A stretch of 41,399 nucleotides of DNA from the NCBI GenBank assembly GCA_964441455.1, contig CAYTUX010000069.1, forward strand, positions 1 to 41,399. Direction: 5' to 3'. Positions 19,621-27,794 of the stretch are shown piece after piece (position 1 is the first letter of the stretch; every line of letters begins with the position of its first letter). Position numbers and translations under genes: made by a program. The notes beneath the pieces were generated by a model. That model was not told the DNA's origin and did no database searches. It saw only the letters and a program-made list of their open reading frames with translations. The DNA comes from an uncultured Victivallales bacterium (GTDB lineage Bacteria; Verrucomicrobiota; Kiritimatiellia; JAQICX01).

Positions 19621-20718
19621 TTACTCCAACGGGAAGACAAACAGATCTGAGGATCCGTAACTGTCCGACGTAAAATCGACAAAATTGCCCGACGGCGATA
19701 TCGACGGATGCACATGAATGGTCTGATCCTGAACGGGGCTGGTATTCGGCCAGCATAGGATCTCGCTCTTTCCGGTTTTCAGATCTATAAGCCACAACTC
19801 GTTTTCCTTTGTCGCCTGTACATCGGAAATGATAAACGTACTCTCTCTGTTGATCGACGAGTGCCCCAATTTACGATCGGGGCTCCCAAAGTGATCCTGA
19901 CAATCTTCACCATTGCGATTAATCGAACAAATCGTTGCGGGCGTCCAGCCCGGCACTGATTTTTTGTGAAAATACAAACGGTCACCTGTGAAATCCCAGT
20001 ATTCGTGTGTGGCACGAAATCCGTATGGCATGGTCAAAAACGGTCGAGCCTCGCCCTTCTCAACGTCAAGAATCCATGTTCTTGCACGCTTTTCAAGTGG
20101 AAGCGACATATCATCTTGCGTGTCCGGTCCCGGATCAAACGTTACCAGATTGCTATCGCCCGGGCAAATCTGTGCGTGATTCAACTTGCCCTGCCATTCA
20201 AAAATCTCTTGGTATTCACCCGTCGCGATAGATATGAACGCAAGCATCGTCGACTGGTACTTGGAATCACATGACACCACCACGCGATCCCCCGTGCCCG
20301 AAAGTGCCGGCGGCGCATCCGAAGGCTTGGACGGGAGTTTTCCTTCAAAATCGATTAAGACCCTATCTTCGCCCGTGCAAACGTCCACGGCATAAACACG
20401 CCAGCCGGCCGTGTAAATAGCCTCATGACCATTGCGTGCGATACCGAACGAAATCTTGCGAAAATCAGTTACGTCGCTCAATTGCGCTATTTCGCCACTT
20501 TCCAGTTCCGCCTGATAGAGCTGGAAAGCGCCGGTGCGATCAGACGAAAATATTACATATCGCTCGTCGCTGGTAAACGCTTCTACTTCTTGATAGCAGC
20601 TCACACTTTTTGGTGTGCCACTCGTCATTCGCCAAACCATCTTTCCGGTCTTCTCATCAGTCAAAACCTGCTTTTCCGAAGGTAGTCTTTTTAACATTGC
20701 TGTCTCCAATCTTGTCAA
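19621..20718 (-). CDS. Oligogalacturonate lyase-like beta-propeller protein (PL22/Ogl family)
   Basis: Resembles Ogl in its overall order: FSSDRTG...LY propeller repeats, THEYW, and C-terminal HVHPSISPSGNFVDFTSD...DLFVFPL (compare the Ogl motifs HPHPSFTPDD..FTSD and THEFW). Confidence 0.7.
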   Translation of the reverse strand: MTRLETAMLKRLPSEKQVLTDEKTGKMVWRMTSGTPKSVSCYQEVEAFTSDERYVIFSSDRTGAFQLYQAELESGEIAQLSDVTDFRKISFGIARNGHEAIYTAGWRVYAVDVCTGEDRVLIDFEGKLPSKPSDAPPALSGTGDRVVVSCDSKYQSTMLAFISIATGEYQEIFEWQGKLNHAQICPGDSNLVTFDPGPDTQDDMSLPLEKRARTWILDVEKGEARPFLTMPYGFRATHEYWDFTGDRLYFHKKSVPGWTPATICSINRNGEDCQDHFGSPDRKLGHSSINRESTFIISDVQATKENELWLIDLKTGKSEILCWPNTSPVQDQTIHVHPSISPSGNFVDFTSDSYGSSDLFVFPLE

Positions 20719-21032
20719 CGTAAGAGTTCAGCGATTCTTTTTTTATACTCATAAAAAAAGATTTCGCAACAACGACTTGTTAGCTGTATCGTCTTTCAAA
20801 AAGCCATTGAGAAGTCAAATTACGTTTGTTTTTTTTAACGCTTCAGCGTTTTTTTTTAATTTCATGACCTCGATAACAATAGGTCATCACAAATCGGTGC
20901 TTGCACGCCGATTCCTTTTAAGCGACTTGTTTTTACGTTTTCTTTTTTGCCTACGAAGCAACTTTTTCTGCGAACATTGGCGTTTTCGTGCGGCTGTAAG
21001 CCGTCGCGATCAAAGGCTTGTTCGCACATTAT

Positions 21033-22379
21033 TCAAAATCCAAAGCCGCACAGATCCATATCTTCTCCAGTCTCCAGATACATCAATGCGAGAAACAGGT
21101 AACCGACACCATCTACGGACTCGTAGAGATGAGTTCCTTGGTGCCCTTGAAACATACCTCCTTCATAGAGTCCATCGGCGGCTTCTTTTGCCAGGACGCG
21201 GGCATGGTCGAGCATGCTCTTGTCCTTGAGAATGTTGCCCGCCCGAATCAGGAAATGAATGCATCGCCCATATTGTTCAGCGTACGCGCCTTTTCCGCCA
21301 TTTGCCGGGGTACTGTCTGCTATTACCTTCGCCCATCGGTGAATTGCATCTAGATAAATCTTGTCGTTCGTTTGTTCATACAGCGTGACGCATGCTTCGG
21401 CGACGGCCATTGGATAGTCGTGGGTTGGCCATTGATCTCCGTTCCACACATCCGCATAGTAGCAAGGCCAATACCCCTTCTCTTTTAGTTCTTCCGGCAT
21501 GCCGTCTTGAACTCGAAGTTGACCATAGTATTTCAATGCCTTGCTGTCATAGCCGTATTTCAGATAGGCGTAGATGCCCAATTGTGCCATCTCAGCAAAT
21601 TCATCGTTTGCGGTATACTTCGCAGCCCGCAGAAGAGACTGAGCCCATACTCCGATCTCGGTTGTACACACCTTGGAGTCCCATCGATTGAAATCGGGCT
21701 GATTGATCACCAGTCCGGTCGATTTCCCGCTATGGGAATAGCTGTAGCGTGCGATCTTCAGTGCATTTTCAAGCAGTTCAGTATCCTTGGTTTTGCTATA
21801 TAGCCATGCGATCGACTCCACCAGAATCCCGCCCGACTCAATGAATGCATGACCCTTCTTGCCGTCGTCATGCCGATTGAATCCCCCCGTTTTCTTGTCG
21901 TAGATATGGCGGGGAAACATCGTTCGGATATATCGTTCGCACTTCTGGCGATCATGACGCCAGAACAGTTCCCATGCCGGCGTAATCGGTCGTAATTCGT
22001 GGTAGCCGCCACTGAAGTGTATGACCTTATCCTTAACCGCATCGTAGTATTGGTGGTTTCCCCACAGAAACATTCCCTGGTCATCCACACAACGGTTAAG
22101 GAATGCCTTGATGTAGAGATTCACCGAGTCTGCATACTGAGGTTTGCCGGTGAGTTTGGAGAGGGCACAGGCAGCAACCAAGAGTGGCTGATCCCAGTAG
22201 AGCGTCGTGCCTTGTGGTGCACCGATGAGACGATAGACTCTCTTCGGCGAATGCGGTTTATCTGGTGGGATGCCGGTGCGAGTGTCGAGCACAGACATCC
22301 ACATCGAGGTGATGACAGAACCATAAACATCCGTTCCCGTTTCCATCATTTTGCGAAAATGATTTTCAATAAGCTCCAT
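21033..22379 (-). CDS. Unassigned enzyme, possibly an alpha/alpha-toroid (six-hairpin) glycosidase/lyase-like protein
   Basis: Long ORF rich in Trp/Tyr/Gly helical repeats, and neighbour of the Ogl-like gene. AAGGAAGG RBS precedes the ATG at 22379 (the ORF track extends to 22454). The fold assignment is a guess. Confidence 0.5.
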   Translation of the reverse strand: MELIENHFRKMMETGTDVYGSVITSMWMSVLDTRTGIPPDKPHSPKRVYRLIGAPQGTTLYWDQPLLVAACALSKLTGKPQYADSVNLYIKAFLNRCVDDQGMFLWGNHQYYDAVKDKVIHFSGGYHELRPITPAWELFWRHDRQKCERYIRTMFPRHIYDKKTGGFNRHDDGKKGHAFIESGGILVESIAWLYSKTKDTELLENALKIARYSYSHSGKSTGLVINQPDFNRWDSKVCTTEIGVWAQSLLRAAKYTANDEFAEMAQLGIYAYLKYGYDSKALKYYGQLRVQDGMPEELKEKGYWPCYYADVWNGDQWPTHDYPMAVAEACVTLYEQTNDKIYLDAIHRWAKVIADSTPANGGKGAYAEQYGRCIHFLIRAGNILKDKSMLDHARVLAKEAADGLYEGGMFQGHQGTHLYESVDGVGYLFLALMYLETGEDMDLCGFGF

Positions 22380-22507
22380 GTAGCCTTCCTTCTTTTCCAT
22401 ACGTTGCGCTTGACCATCAACCGTTGCGACCAACAAGACAAAGTCTGCTGTCAAGTCCTAATTTAAATTTGTCAATTTTATTTACCTGCGGAGCTAGTCC
22501 ACACCTG

Positions 22508-22531
22508 TCTAACATTCTAACGTTCTAACAA
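22508..22531. repeat. Three 8-nt-period units TCTAACNN (GTTAGA on the minus strand) just downstream of the rdgC stop
   Basis: TCTAA starts at 22508, 22516 and 22524. The same motif and period occur at 27049-27073. Confidence 0.6.
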
Positions 22532-22536
22532 TATAA

Positions 22537-23640
22537 CTATTTATAAGCTTTTCTATCCTTCATCCAGACATGAATATCATCAAGAGTCTTAGCCCATTTT
22601 TCATCATCATATCTAACTTCTAAAAATTTATCATAAAGTGTAAGCACAACTTGTGTCATTCCCTGTGTGAATAACATTCTCTCCTGAAATTTGCTTTCTC
22701 CGGCAAGCTGCTCGCCCTTCGGCAGCTTGGTTGATCTGAAGATAAATTCATCTGCATCAAAATGCGTTTCCCAGACCTCATCTTTTCGGGCAATAATCAT
22801 CTTTGCCTGTTTAATTTTCTTGTCGCCAAGTAGTGCCGTCGTCGCCTCACTGCTTGCCAATGGCAAACCATTTCTTAGCTGCGTAACATGTGCTCCCTGA
22901 ACACCTGTATTAACTAAGGTCACCGGACCATCAAGCATAATGCCAAACTCACCTGATAGTTCTAAATTTATTATACCGCTGAGTTTCTCACAGAAATAAC
23001 ATACCCAAGTCAAAAATTCACGACCAAAAAAGTCTTCAGGAGCCGGTTCTTCGACATCGGGAGAAAAGCTGCAAACCGGAATATCTCTAATATTGATGTT
23101 TGCTCTCTTGACAGCTGCACTTTCAGGCGTAAGAGGAATTAATTTCTTATTTGTAGTCTGTTCAAACATATGAATAAAAACATCTGTCTGCTTATCTGTT
23201 GTGCATTCCGCATATACAATATTCTCATTAGAATCATAAACCATTTCAATACCTGTCAGCATTGGCGGCATCTTCGGCAGCAATCTTGCTGTAATCTCTT
23301 TTTTAATTGCACTCTTCTCTTTACGACTTAAAAAATCTTTACCCTCCGCCTGCATTTGTGCAATCTCTTCAAGTTTACACTCTGCTTTCAAAAGTGCTGT
23401 AGGTATCTTTCGCTCTGCTTTCATAAGTGTCAGATATAGATATCCGGAAATAACAACTGTCTCTTCCTTTATATCAGTATCTAATAAAAACCTGCTGGTC
23501 ACCCAACCATGCACCGGCTCGTCACCTAAAATTGTTAACGGCGGTGCAACATTATTCTGAAAACATTTCAGATCTCTGGGATCTATTCCCCCCGGCAGAT
23601 AAAACATTTTGAATGAAACATTTTTTTCACTAAAAGACAT
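22537..23640 (-). CDS. rdgC: RdgC-like recombination-associated protein
   Basis: GWVTS...ERKIPTALLKAECKLEEIAQMQAEGKDFLSRKEKSAIKKEITARLLPKMPP parallels the E. coli RdgC region GWVPP...[49 protein letters not shown]. Confidence 0.7.
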   Translation of the reverse strand: MSFSEKNVSFKMFYLPGGIDPRDLKCFQNNVAPPLTILGDEPVHGWVTSRFLLDTDIKEETVVISGYLYLTLMKAERKIPTALLKAECKLEEIAQMQAEGKDFLSRKEKSAIKKEITARLLPKMPPMLTGIEMVYDSNENIVYAECTTDKQTDVFIHMFEQTTNKKLIPLTPESAAVKRANINIRDIPVCSFSPDVEEPAPEDFFGREFLTWVCYFCEKLSGIINLELSGEFGIMLDGPVTLVNTGVQGAHVTQLRNGLPLASSEATTALLGDKKIKQAKMIIARKDEVWETHFDADEFIFRSTKLPKGEQLAGESKFQERMLFTQGMTQVVLTLYDKFLEVRYDDEKWAKTLDDIHVWMKDRKAYK

Positions 23641-23645
23641 ATAAT

Positions 23646-24797
23646 TTAATCCTCTTCACTATTATTATTTAAAAACTGAAATATAAACTCGGCGGCCTTT
23701 TCATCGGCATTACCATGACCAAGCTTCTGATTTACCTCCTGTATATTACTCTGCATAATCCGGCGTTGTTCGGTATTTGTCAAAAGTGGTCTCAAAGCAT
23801 CTGAAAGCTTTTCAGGTGTTGTATTATGCTGAATCATCTCAGGGCATATTGTCTTACCTGCAACGATATTAACCATACCAATATTCTTAATCTTTATTAA
23901 CATACGCCCAATCAAGTATGTCAGCAGCGAAGTCTTGTAAACAACAACCATTGGGCACTCCATAAGCGATGTTTCCAACGTGGCGGTGCCGGAAGTTGTA
24001 AATGATGCATCAGCCTGTCTAAGCACCTCTCGTGTATTGTCAACAATTACGTCAATATTTTTTGGCAGCTCTATTTTCTGCATGACTTCAATAATCTGCT
24101 GCTCCGCAGTTTTTGTTGCTGCCGCCACAATAAAATGTGCATCCGGAAATTGTTTTTCGAGCAGAACACATGCTTTTAACATTGGTTTAAGAATCATTGC
24201 AATCTCTTTTCTGCGACTTCCGGGAAGTATGGAAATTTTCTGTTTTGCACCATGCCATGGCAGCGAAAGTACAGGCAGCATCTTTGCCGCATTTGCTTTG
24301 TCAACTAATGGATGCCCGGCAAATTGAACCTCAATGCCGCTCTGATCTTTGAAAATCTCTTTTTCAAAAGGAAATATTGTTATGAGCAGATCAATAATCT
24401 GAGCAATTTTGGGAATTCTCTTCTGATTCCATGCCCATACCTGCGGACAGATGTAATGAACCGTCTTTATACCAAGTGCGTGAACCCGCTCGGCTAAACG
24501 CAAATTAAATCCGGGATAATCAATAAAAACAACCGCATCAGGATGCTCTGCTTCCGCCTTATCAAGCATCTCAAAAAATACCTTTTTGAAAAAACCTATA
24601 CGGCTTATAACTTCAGTGAAGCCAATTGCTGCAAGCTCTTTCACATCATAGAAAGTCTCAACTCCCTCAGCTCGCATTAATTCACCGCCAAGTCCAAAAA
24701 AAGTGCAATCAGGCATCTTCTCTTTTAATGATGCAACCAGTTTTGCACCATGCATGTCTCCGGAAACTTCTCCGGCCATTATCATTATCTTTTTCAT
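23646..24797 (-). CDS. lpxB: Lipid-A-disaccharide synthase
   Basis: MKKIMIMAGEVSGDMHGAKLV N-terminus and GT19 family features. The start is set at the ATG at 24797, because the ORF-track N-terminal extension translates a GC hairpin repeat. Confidence 0.9.
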   Translation of the reverse strand: MKKIMIMAGEVSGDMHGAKLVASLKEKMPDCTFFGLGGELMRAEGVETFYDVKELAAIGFTEVISRIGFFKKVFFEMLDKAEAEHPDAVVFIDYPGFNLRLAERVHALGIKTVHYICPQVWAWNQKRIPKIAQIIDLLITIFPFEKEIFKDQSGIEVQFAGHPLVDKANAAKMLPVLSLPWHGAKQKISILPGSRRKEIAMILKPMLKACVLLEKQFPDAHFIVAAATKTAEQQIIEVMQKIELPKNIDVIVDNTREVLRQADASFTTSGTATLETSLMECPMVVVYKTSLLTYLIGRMLIKIKNIGMVNIVAGKTICPEMIQHNTTPEKLSDALRPLLTNTEQRRIMQSNIQEVNQKLGHGNADEKAAEFIFQFLNNNSEED

Positions 24798-24833
24798 AAA
24801 ATATTTTCTCTTTAAATCAATCCAGCCCCGTCC

Positions 24834-24853
24834 GGGCGGCATTCTTGCCGCCC
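24834..24853 (-). repeat. GC hairpin H1 (GGGCGGCA-TTCT-TGCCGCCC), 36 nt upstream of the lpxB ATG
   Basis: Perfect 8-bp stem. Member of a four-copy family located in 5' leaders of minus-strand genes. Confidence 0.7.
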
Positions 24854-24871
24854 TTCCCAATTATAACTCTC

Positions 24872-25819
24872 TTACGACGGGTTGTTCTTGATACATTCAC
24901 ATATTTGTGTCGCCAGACTAAGAGCATCCAATGCAGGACGACCTCCGACAACCGGATCACTCTGCTCCTTAACACAACGAATAAATGAATCAATCTCATC
25001 TGTCAACTGATCACAATCCGGAAGTTTAATCTTCTTGGTGCTGATCCCAATTGCCTGCTTCTTAATTATTACACCACTACGATTGTTGTAATCAAGAGAC
25101 AGATAACCATCTTCCTGAAATACACGAATCTTACGCAAGGGCTCTCGACTAACTCGGCTGGCTGTAATATTAGCAACTGCACCATTTTTAAAATTTAATC
25201 TTGCATTAGCAATATCTTCTGATTTACTTATTACAGGCACTCCGACAGCATGTATATGAACTACAGGAGAATTTACAATATGCAAAATAATATCCAGATC
25301 ATGAATCATCAAATCAAGCACAACACTCACCTCTGTACCCCGAGGCAGCATCCCAAGACGTGGAGGCGGAAAAGAACTCATTCTTAAAGCTTCAATAAAA
25401 CGTGGCTTGTTAATCTTTTTTTCAATATACTTTATAACAGGATTAAACCTTTCAATATGACCAACCTGGAGAATCAAATCCTTTTCCTCTGCAAGATGTA
25501 CAATAGCCTCCGCCTCTTCTGTTGAAGCGGCAAGTGGCTTTTCAACCAGAACATTAACCCCCAGTTCAAGTAACTGTGTTGCCATCTCATGATGTTTGTC
25601 TGTCGGTACAGCAATACTTGCCGCATCAACTTGCGACGCAAGCTCCTCAATAGATGTATAAGCCTCACAACCAACTTTCTTGGCAATTTCCTTCGCCCGC
25701 TTTTTGCTGATATCATAAACTCCGACTAAATCAGTCATCTCATGTTCAGCATGCACTCTTGCATGATGCTGTCCAAGACTGCCAACGCCAAAAACTGCTG
25801 TTCTTATCTTCTTATCCAT
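24872..25819 (-). CDS. Gfo/Idh/MocA-family NAD(P)-dependent oxidoreductase (possibly GnnA-like UDP-GlcNAc 3-dehydrogenase, given its lpxB/gmhB neighbours)
   Basis: Rossmann motif AVFGVGSLGQHHA, and EKP motif LVEKPLA. The family assignment is firm; the substrate is inferred from context only. Confidence 0.85.
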   Translation of the reverse strand: MDKKIRTAVFGVGSLGQHHARVHAEHEMTDLVGVYDISKKRAKEIAKKVGCEAYTSIEELASQVDAASIAVPTDKHHEMATQLLELGVNVLVEKPLAASTEEAEAIVHLAEEKDLILQVGHIERFNPVIKYIEKKINKPRFIEALRMSSFPPPRLGMLPRGTEVSVVLDLMIHDLDIILHIVNSPVVHIHAVGVPVISKSEDIANARLNFKNGAVANITASRVSREPLRKIRVFQEDGYLSLDYNNRSGVIIKKQAIGISTKKIKLPDCDQLTDEIDSFIRCVKEQSDPVVGGRPALDALSLATQICECIKNNPS

Positions 25820-25860
25820 AATTATTTATTCCTTCTTTTAAAATCAATCATTCTACGTAC

Positions 25861-25880
25861 GGGCGGCAATCTTGCCGCTC
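25861..25880 (-). repeat. GC hairpin H2 (GGGCGGCA-ATCT-TGCCGCTC), 41 nt upstream of the oxidoreductase ATG
   Basis: 8-bp stem with one position that pairs only as G-U (G-T). Preceded by CGTAC as in copies H3 and H4. Confidence 0.7.
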
Positions 25881-25950
25881 CTACAGAGGGCGAGGCAGTA
25901 ACCCCTACAAAGCTCTCCCCACTATTTTCTAATTTACAAATTTTCGAATT

Positions 25951-26071
25951 CCTCACTTTTCCCATCAGATCCAAAGTGCTCCTCCCCTGTTTAGGGGAGG
26001 TGGCCACGCTGTCATTTGCTTTTAAACAAAAAGCAAATGACGGCGTGGACGGAGGGGTAATCCTGCCATTT
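25951..26071. repeat. Core repeat copy A (long form; middle hairpin extended by about 33 nt)
   Basis: The 54-nt block CTTTTCCCATCAGATCCAAAGTGCTCCTCCCCTGTTTAGGGGAGGTGGC is identical to copies B-D. It is followed by CACGC-TGTCATTTGC...GCAAATGACG-GCGTG, then GACGGAGGGGTAATCCTGCCATTT. Confidence 0.8.
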
Positions 26072-26103
26072 ACGCATTCTCGAATTTTCGCACTTTCGAA
26101 TTT
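26072..26103. repeat. 8-nt-period A/T-rich satellite (TTTACGCA/TTCTCGAA/TTTTCGCA/CTTTCGAA)
   Basis: CpG at 26073, 26081, 26089 and 26097, an exact 8-nt spacing. Confidence 0.75.
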
Positions 26104-26629
26104 ACATCAAAACCTTATCCAATATTTTCGCCAACTCATCAATGCTCCCAACACAATAATCAGCTTCACTATCTTTTATATCTTTTGAAACCAATATTGT
26201 CCTGCAACCGGCAGCCTTACCTGTAAGAACATCGCCCTCTCTATCCCCTACCATAAATGAATTTCTTAAATCAATATCGTGTTTTTCGGCAGCTGCAAAA
26301 ATCATACCGGGCAGAGGTTTTCTGCATTCACACTCATCACCTGCCAGATGAGGACAGTAATACATGTCCAGAAGCTCACAGCCAAATTCTTCTTTCAGCT
26401 TCTTTTGAAGCCTATCATGCATTTTTTCAAGATCAGCTTTCTCAACAATTCCTTTGCCTACACACTGCTGATTACTTATCATTATTCCAACATAACCATG
26501 AGCAATTGCAACCTTTAAGCTTTGTACAAATCCATCCTGAATATGAAAATCTTCCCACTTTTCAACATATCCCGGACCGGGTGACCTGTTAATTATTCCA
26601 TCCCTGTCAAAAAAAACACACTTTTTCAT
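26102..26629 (-). CDS. gmhB: D-glycero-D-manno-heptose 1,7-bisphosphate phosphatase-type HAD-IIIA hydrolase
   Basis: FFDRDGIIN nucleophile motif; Zn-binding-type CPHLAGDECECRKP; MVGDREGD. 175 aa. Confidence 0.85.
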   Translation of the reverse strand: MKKCVFFDRDGIINRSPGPGYVEKWEDFHIQDGFVQSLKVAIAHGYVGIMISNQQCVGKGIVEKADLEKMHDRLQKKLKEEFGCELLDMYYCPHLAGDECECRKPLPGMIFAAAEKHDIDLRNSFMVGDREGDVLTGKAAGCRTILVSKDIKDSEADYCVGSIDELAKILDKVLM

Positions 26630-26652
26630 TATTATTTACTTGCTTTCCGTAC

Positions 26653-26673
26653 GGGCGGGCCTTGGGTCCGCCC
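26653..26673 (-). repeat. GC hairpin H3 (GGGCGG...CCGCCC variant), 23 nt upstream of the gmhB ATG
   Basis: CGTAC-GGGCGGGCCTTGGGTCCGCCC-CTCCTAC. Same flanks as H2 but a divergent loop. Confidence 0.6.
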
Positions 26674-26760
26674 CTCCTACTGGGAACGCCAAGCTTGAAG
26701 GAAAAACTTGGCAAAACTCCTCCCCACCTAATCTTCCAATACGGAATTGACCCTTTCTTC

Positions 26761-26828
26761 AATTTTCACATTTTCGAATTTACGCATTCTCGAATTTTCA
26801 CATTTTCGAATTTACGAATTTTCGAATT
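26761..26828. repeat. 8-nt-period satellite array (about 8.5 units, consensus TTTTCGAA), abutting core copy B
   Basis: CpG (or CpA) at 26775, 26783, 26791, 26799 (CA), 26807, 26815 and 26823. Confidence 0.8.
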
Positions 26829-26917
26829 CCTCACTTTTCCCATCAGATCCAAAGTGCTCCTCCCCTGTTTAGGGGAGGTGGCACGCGAAGCGTGACGGAG
26901 GGGTAATCCTGCCATTT
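26829..26917. repeat. Core repeat copy B (short form; middle hairpin CACGC-GAA-GCGTG)
   Basis: Identical to copy A apart from the middle hairpin insert. Confidence 0.8.
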
Positions 26918-26953
26918 ACAGCTTCTTTTTTTACCCTTTCCCCTTCTTACCAT

Positions 26954-26977
26954 GCGTCTGGCGTCATGAGTCATGCG
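26954..26977. repeat. GCGTCTGGCGTCATGAGTCATGCG unit (inverted partner at 29897-29918)
   Basis: Its reverse complement matches 29897-29918 over 22 nt. Confidence 0.7.
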
Positions 26978-27048
26978 CACTCTGCAACCTCGCTCGACCA
27001 ACAATAAATACCGGCAGAGGCTTTCCACGCCAATCTAACTGTATTGCG

Positions 27049-27073
27049 TCTAAGTCTCTAACGGTCTAACTAA
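27049..27073. repeat. Three to four 8-nt-period TCTAA units just downstream of the scpB stop
   Basis: TCTAA starts at 27049, 27057 and 27065, plus CTAA at 27070. Confidence 0.6.
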
Positions 27074-27075
27074 TT

Positions 27076-27765
27076 TCACAAATTAAAATTCGTCTGCCTT
27101 GGAGCACCATCTTCTCTTTCCTGACGAGCTAACTCCTCGTGAACCTCTGAAAGCGGCTGTTCCTCTGCTTCCTGTTCATGAGCAGCCTGAGCAAGTAAAG
27201 CAGGCTTTATAGAATCAAGATCGCCCAAATCTTTAAGACCAAAATGATTCAAAAATTCTTTCGTTGTTCCATATAAAAAAGGTCTTCCGGGCAGTTCGCT
27301 TCTTCCCGCAATCTTCACAAGATGCAGTTCCATAAGATTTTTAACAATATTACTGCTGTTTACCCCTCGAACTGCCTCTATTTCAGCCTTTGTAACCGGC
27401 TGGCGATATGCAATGACGGATAAAGTCTCAAGTGCGGGCATAGACAACCTGGCAGGCTTGCCTATTTCAAGATAGTGCCGGAGCCAACGACCGCAATTTG
27501 CTGCTGTCTGAAACTTATATCCCTCGGTCGTCTCAACAATAACAAAACCATTGGGGCGATTATTAATATCTTTAACTAAATCCTCAACAGCATTATTGAC
27601 ATCTTTTTTGCTGACTTTTCCATACTCCTTGGCATAGTCTTCACTGGTATCCGCAACCTCTTTTATACACTTCAATATCTCATTGATACTGATAGACCTG
27701 GTTGAACCAAAAATCATGGCTCCAACAATCTCTCTTAAATCCGGTAATTTCTTTATCTTTGACAT
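27076..27765 (-). CDS. scpB: SMC-Scp complex subunit ScpB
   Basis: Tandem winged-helix pattern ...TLSVIAYRQPVTKAEIEAVRGVNSSNIVKNLMELHLVKIAGRSELPGRPFLYGTTKEFLNHFGL. Follows scpA. Confidence 0.9.
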   Translation of the reverse strand: MSKIKKLPDLREIVGAMIFGSTRSISINEILKCIKEVADTSEDYAKEYGKVSKKDVNNAVEDLVKDINNRPNGFVIVETTEGYKFQTAANCGRWLRHYLEIGKPARLSMPALETLSVIAYRQPVTKAEIEAVRGVNSSNIVKNLMELHLVKIAGRSELPGRPFLYGTTKEFLNHFGLKDLGDLDSIKPALLAQAAHEQEAEEQPLSEVHEELARQEREDGAPRQTNFNL

Positions 27766-27794
27766 ATAAACAATCCTTGTTCTCGTAAAATCCT

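Larger units (their letters stand above)
19621..22454. other. GC-rich compositional island (two genes) embedded in AT-rich sequence
   Basis: Individual 60-nt lines inside count about 50-68% G+C, against about 32-40% in flanking genes. The left boundary falls within 2 nt of the DUF2442 start codon. Confidence 0.7.

Noticed and set aside
19619-19795. Long form of the DUF2442 ORF (19331..19795)
   Set aside because: The first 59 codons overlap the 3' end of the GC-rich Ogl-like gene in another frame. The DUF2442 pattern begins at the Met at 19618.
26761-26828. Tandem short repeats that might be mistaken for a CRISPR array (also at 26072-26103 and 30051-30097)
   Set aside because: The period is only 8 nt, there are no unique spacers, and no cas genes or leader are present. 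It is a microsatellite-like array, not a CRISPR.
25822-27028. ORF-track entries 25822..26007(-), 25742..26188(+), 26662..26895(+) and 26843..27028(-)
   Set aside because: They translate the core repeats and satellites (giving peptides such as FRIFEF and LPCLGEVA). The frame differs between copies and there is no RBS, so they are spurious.
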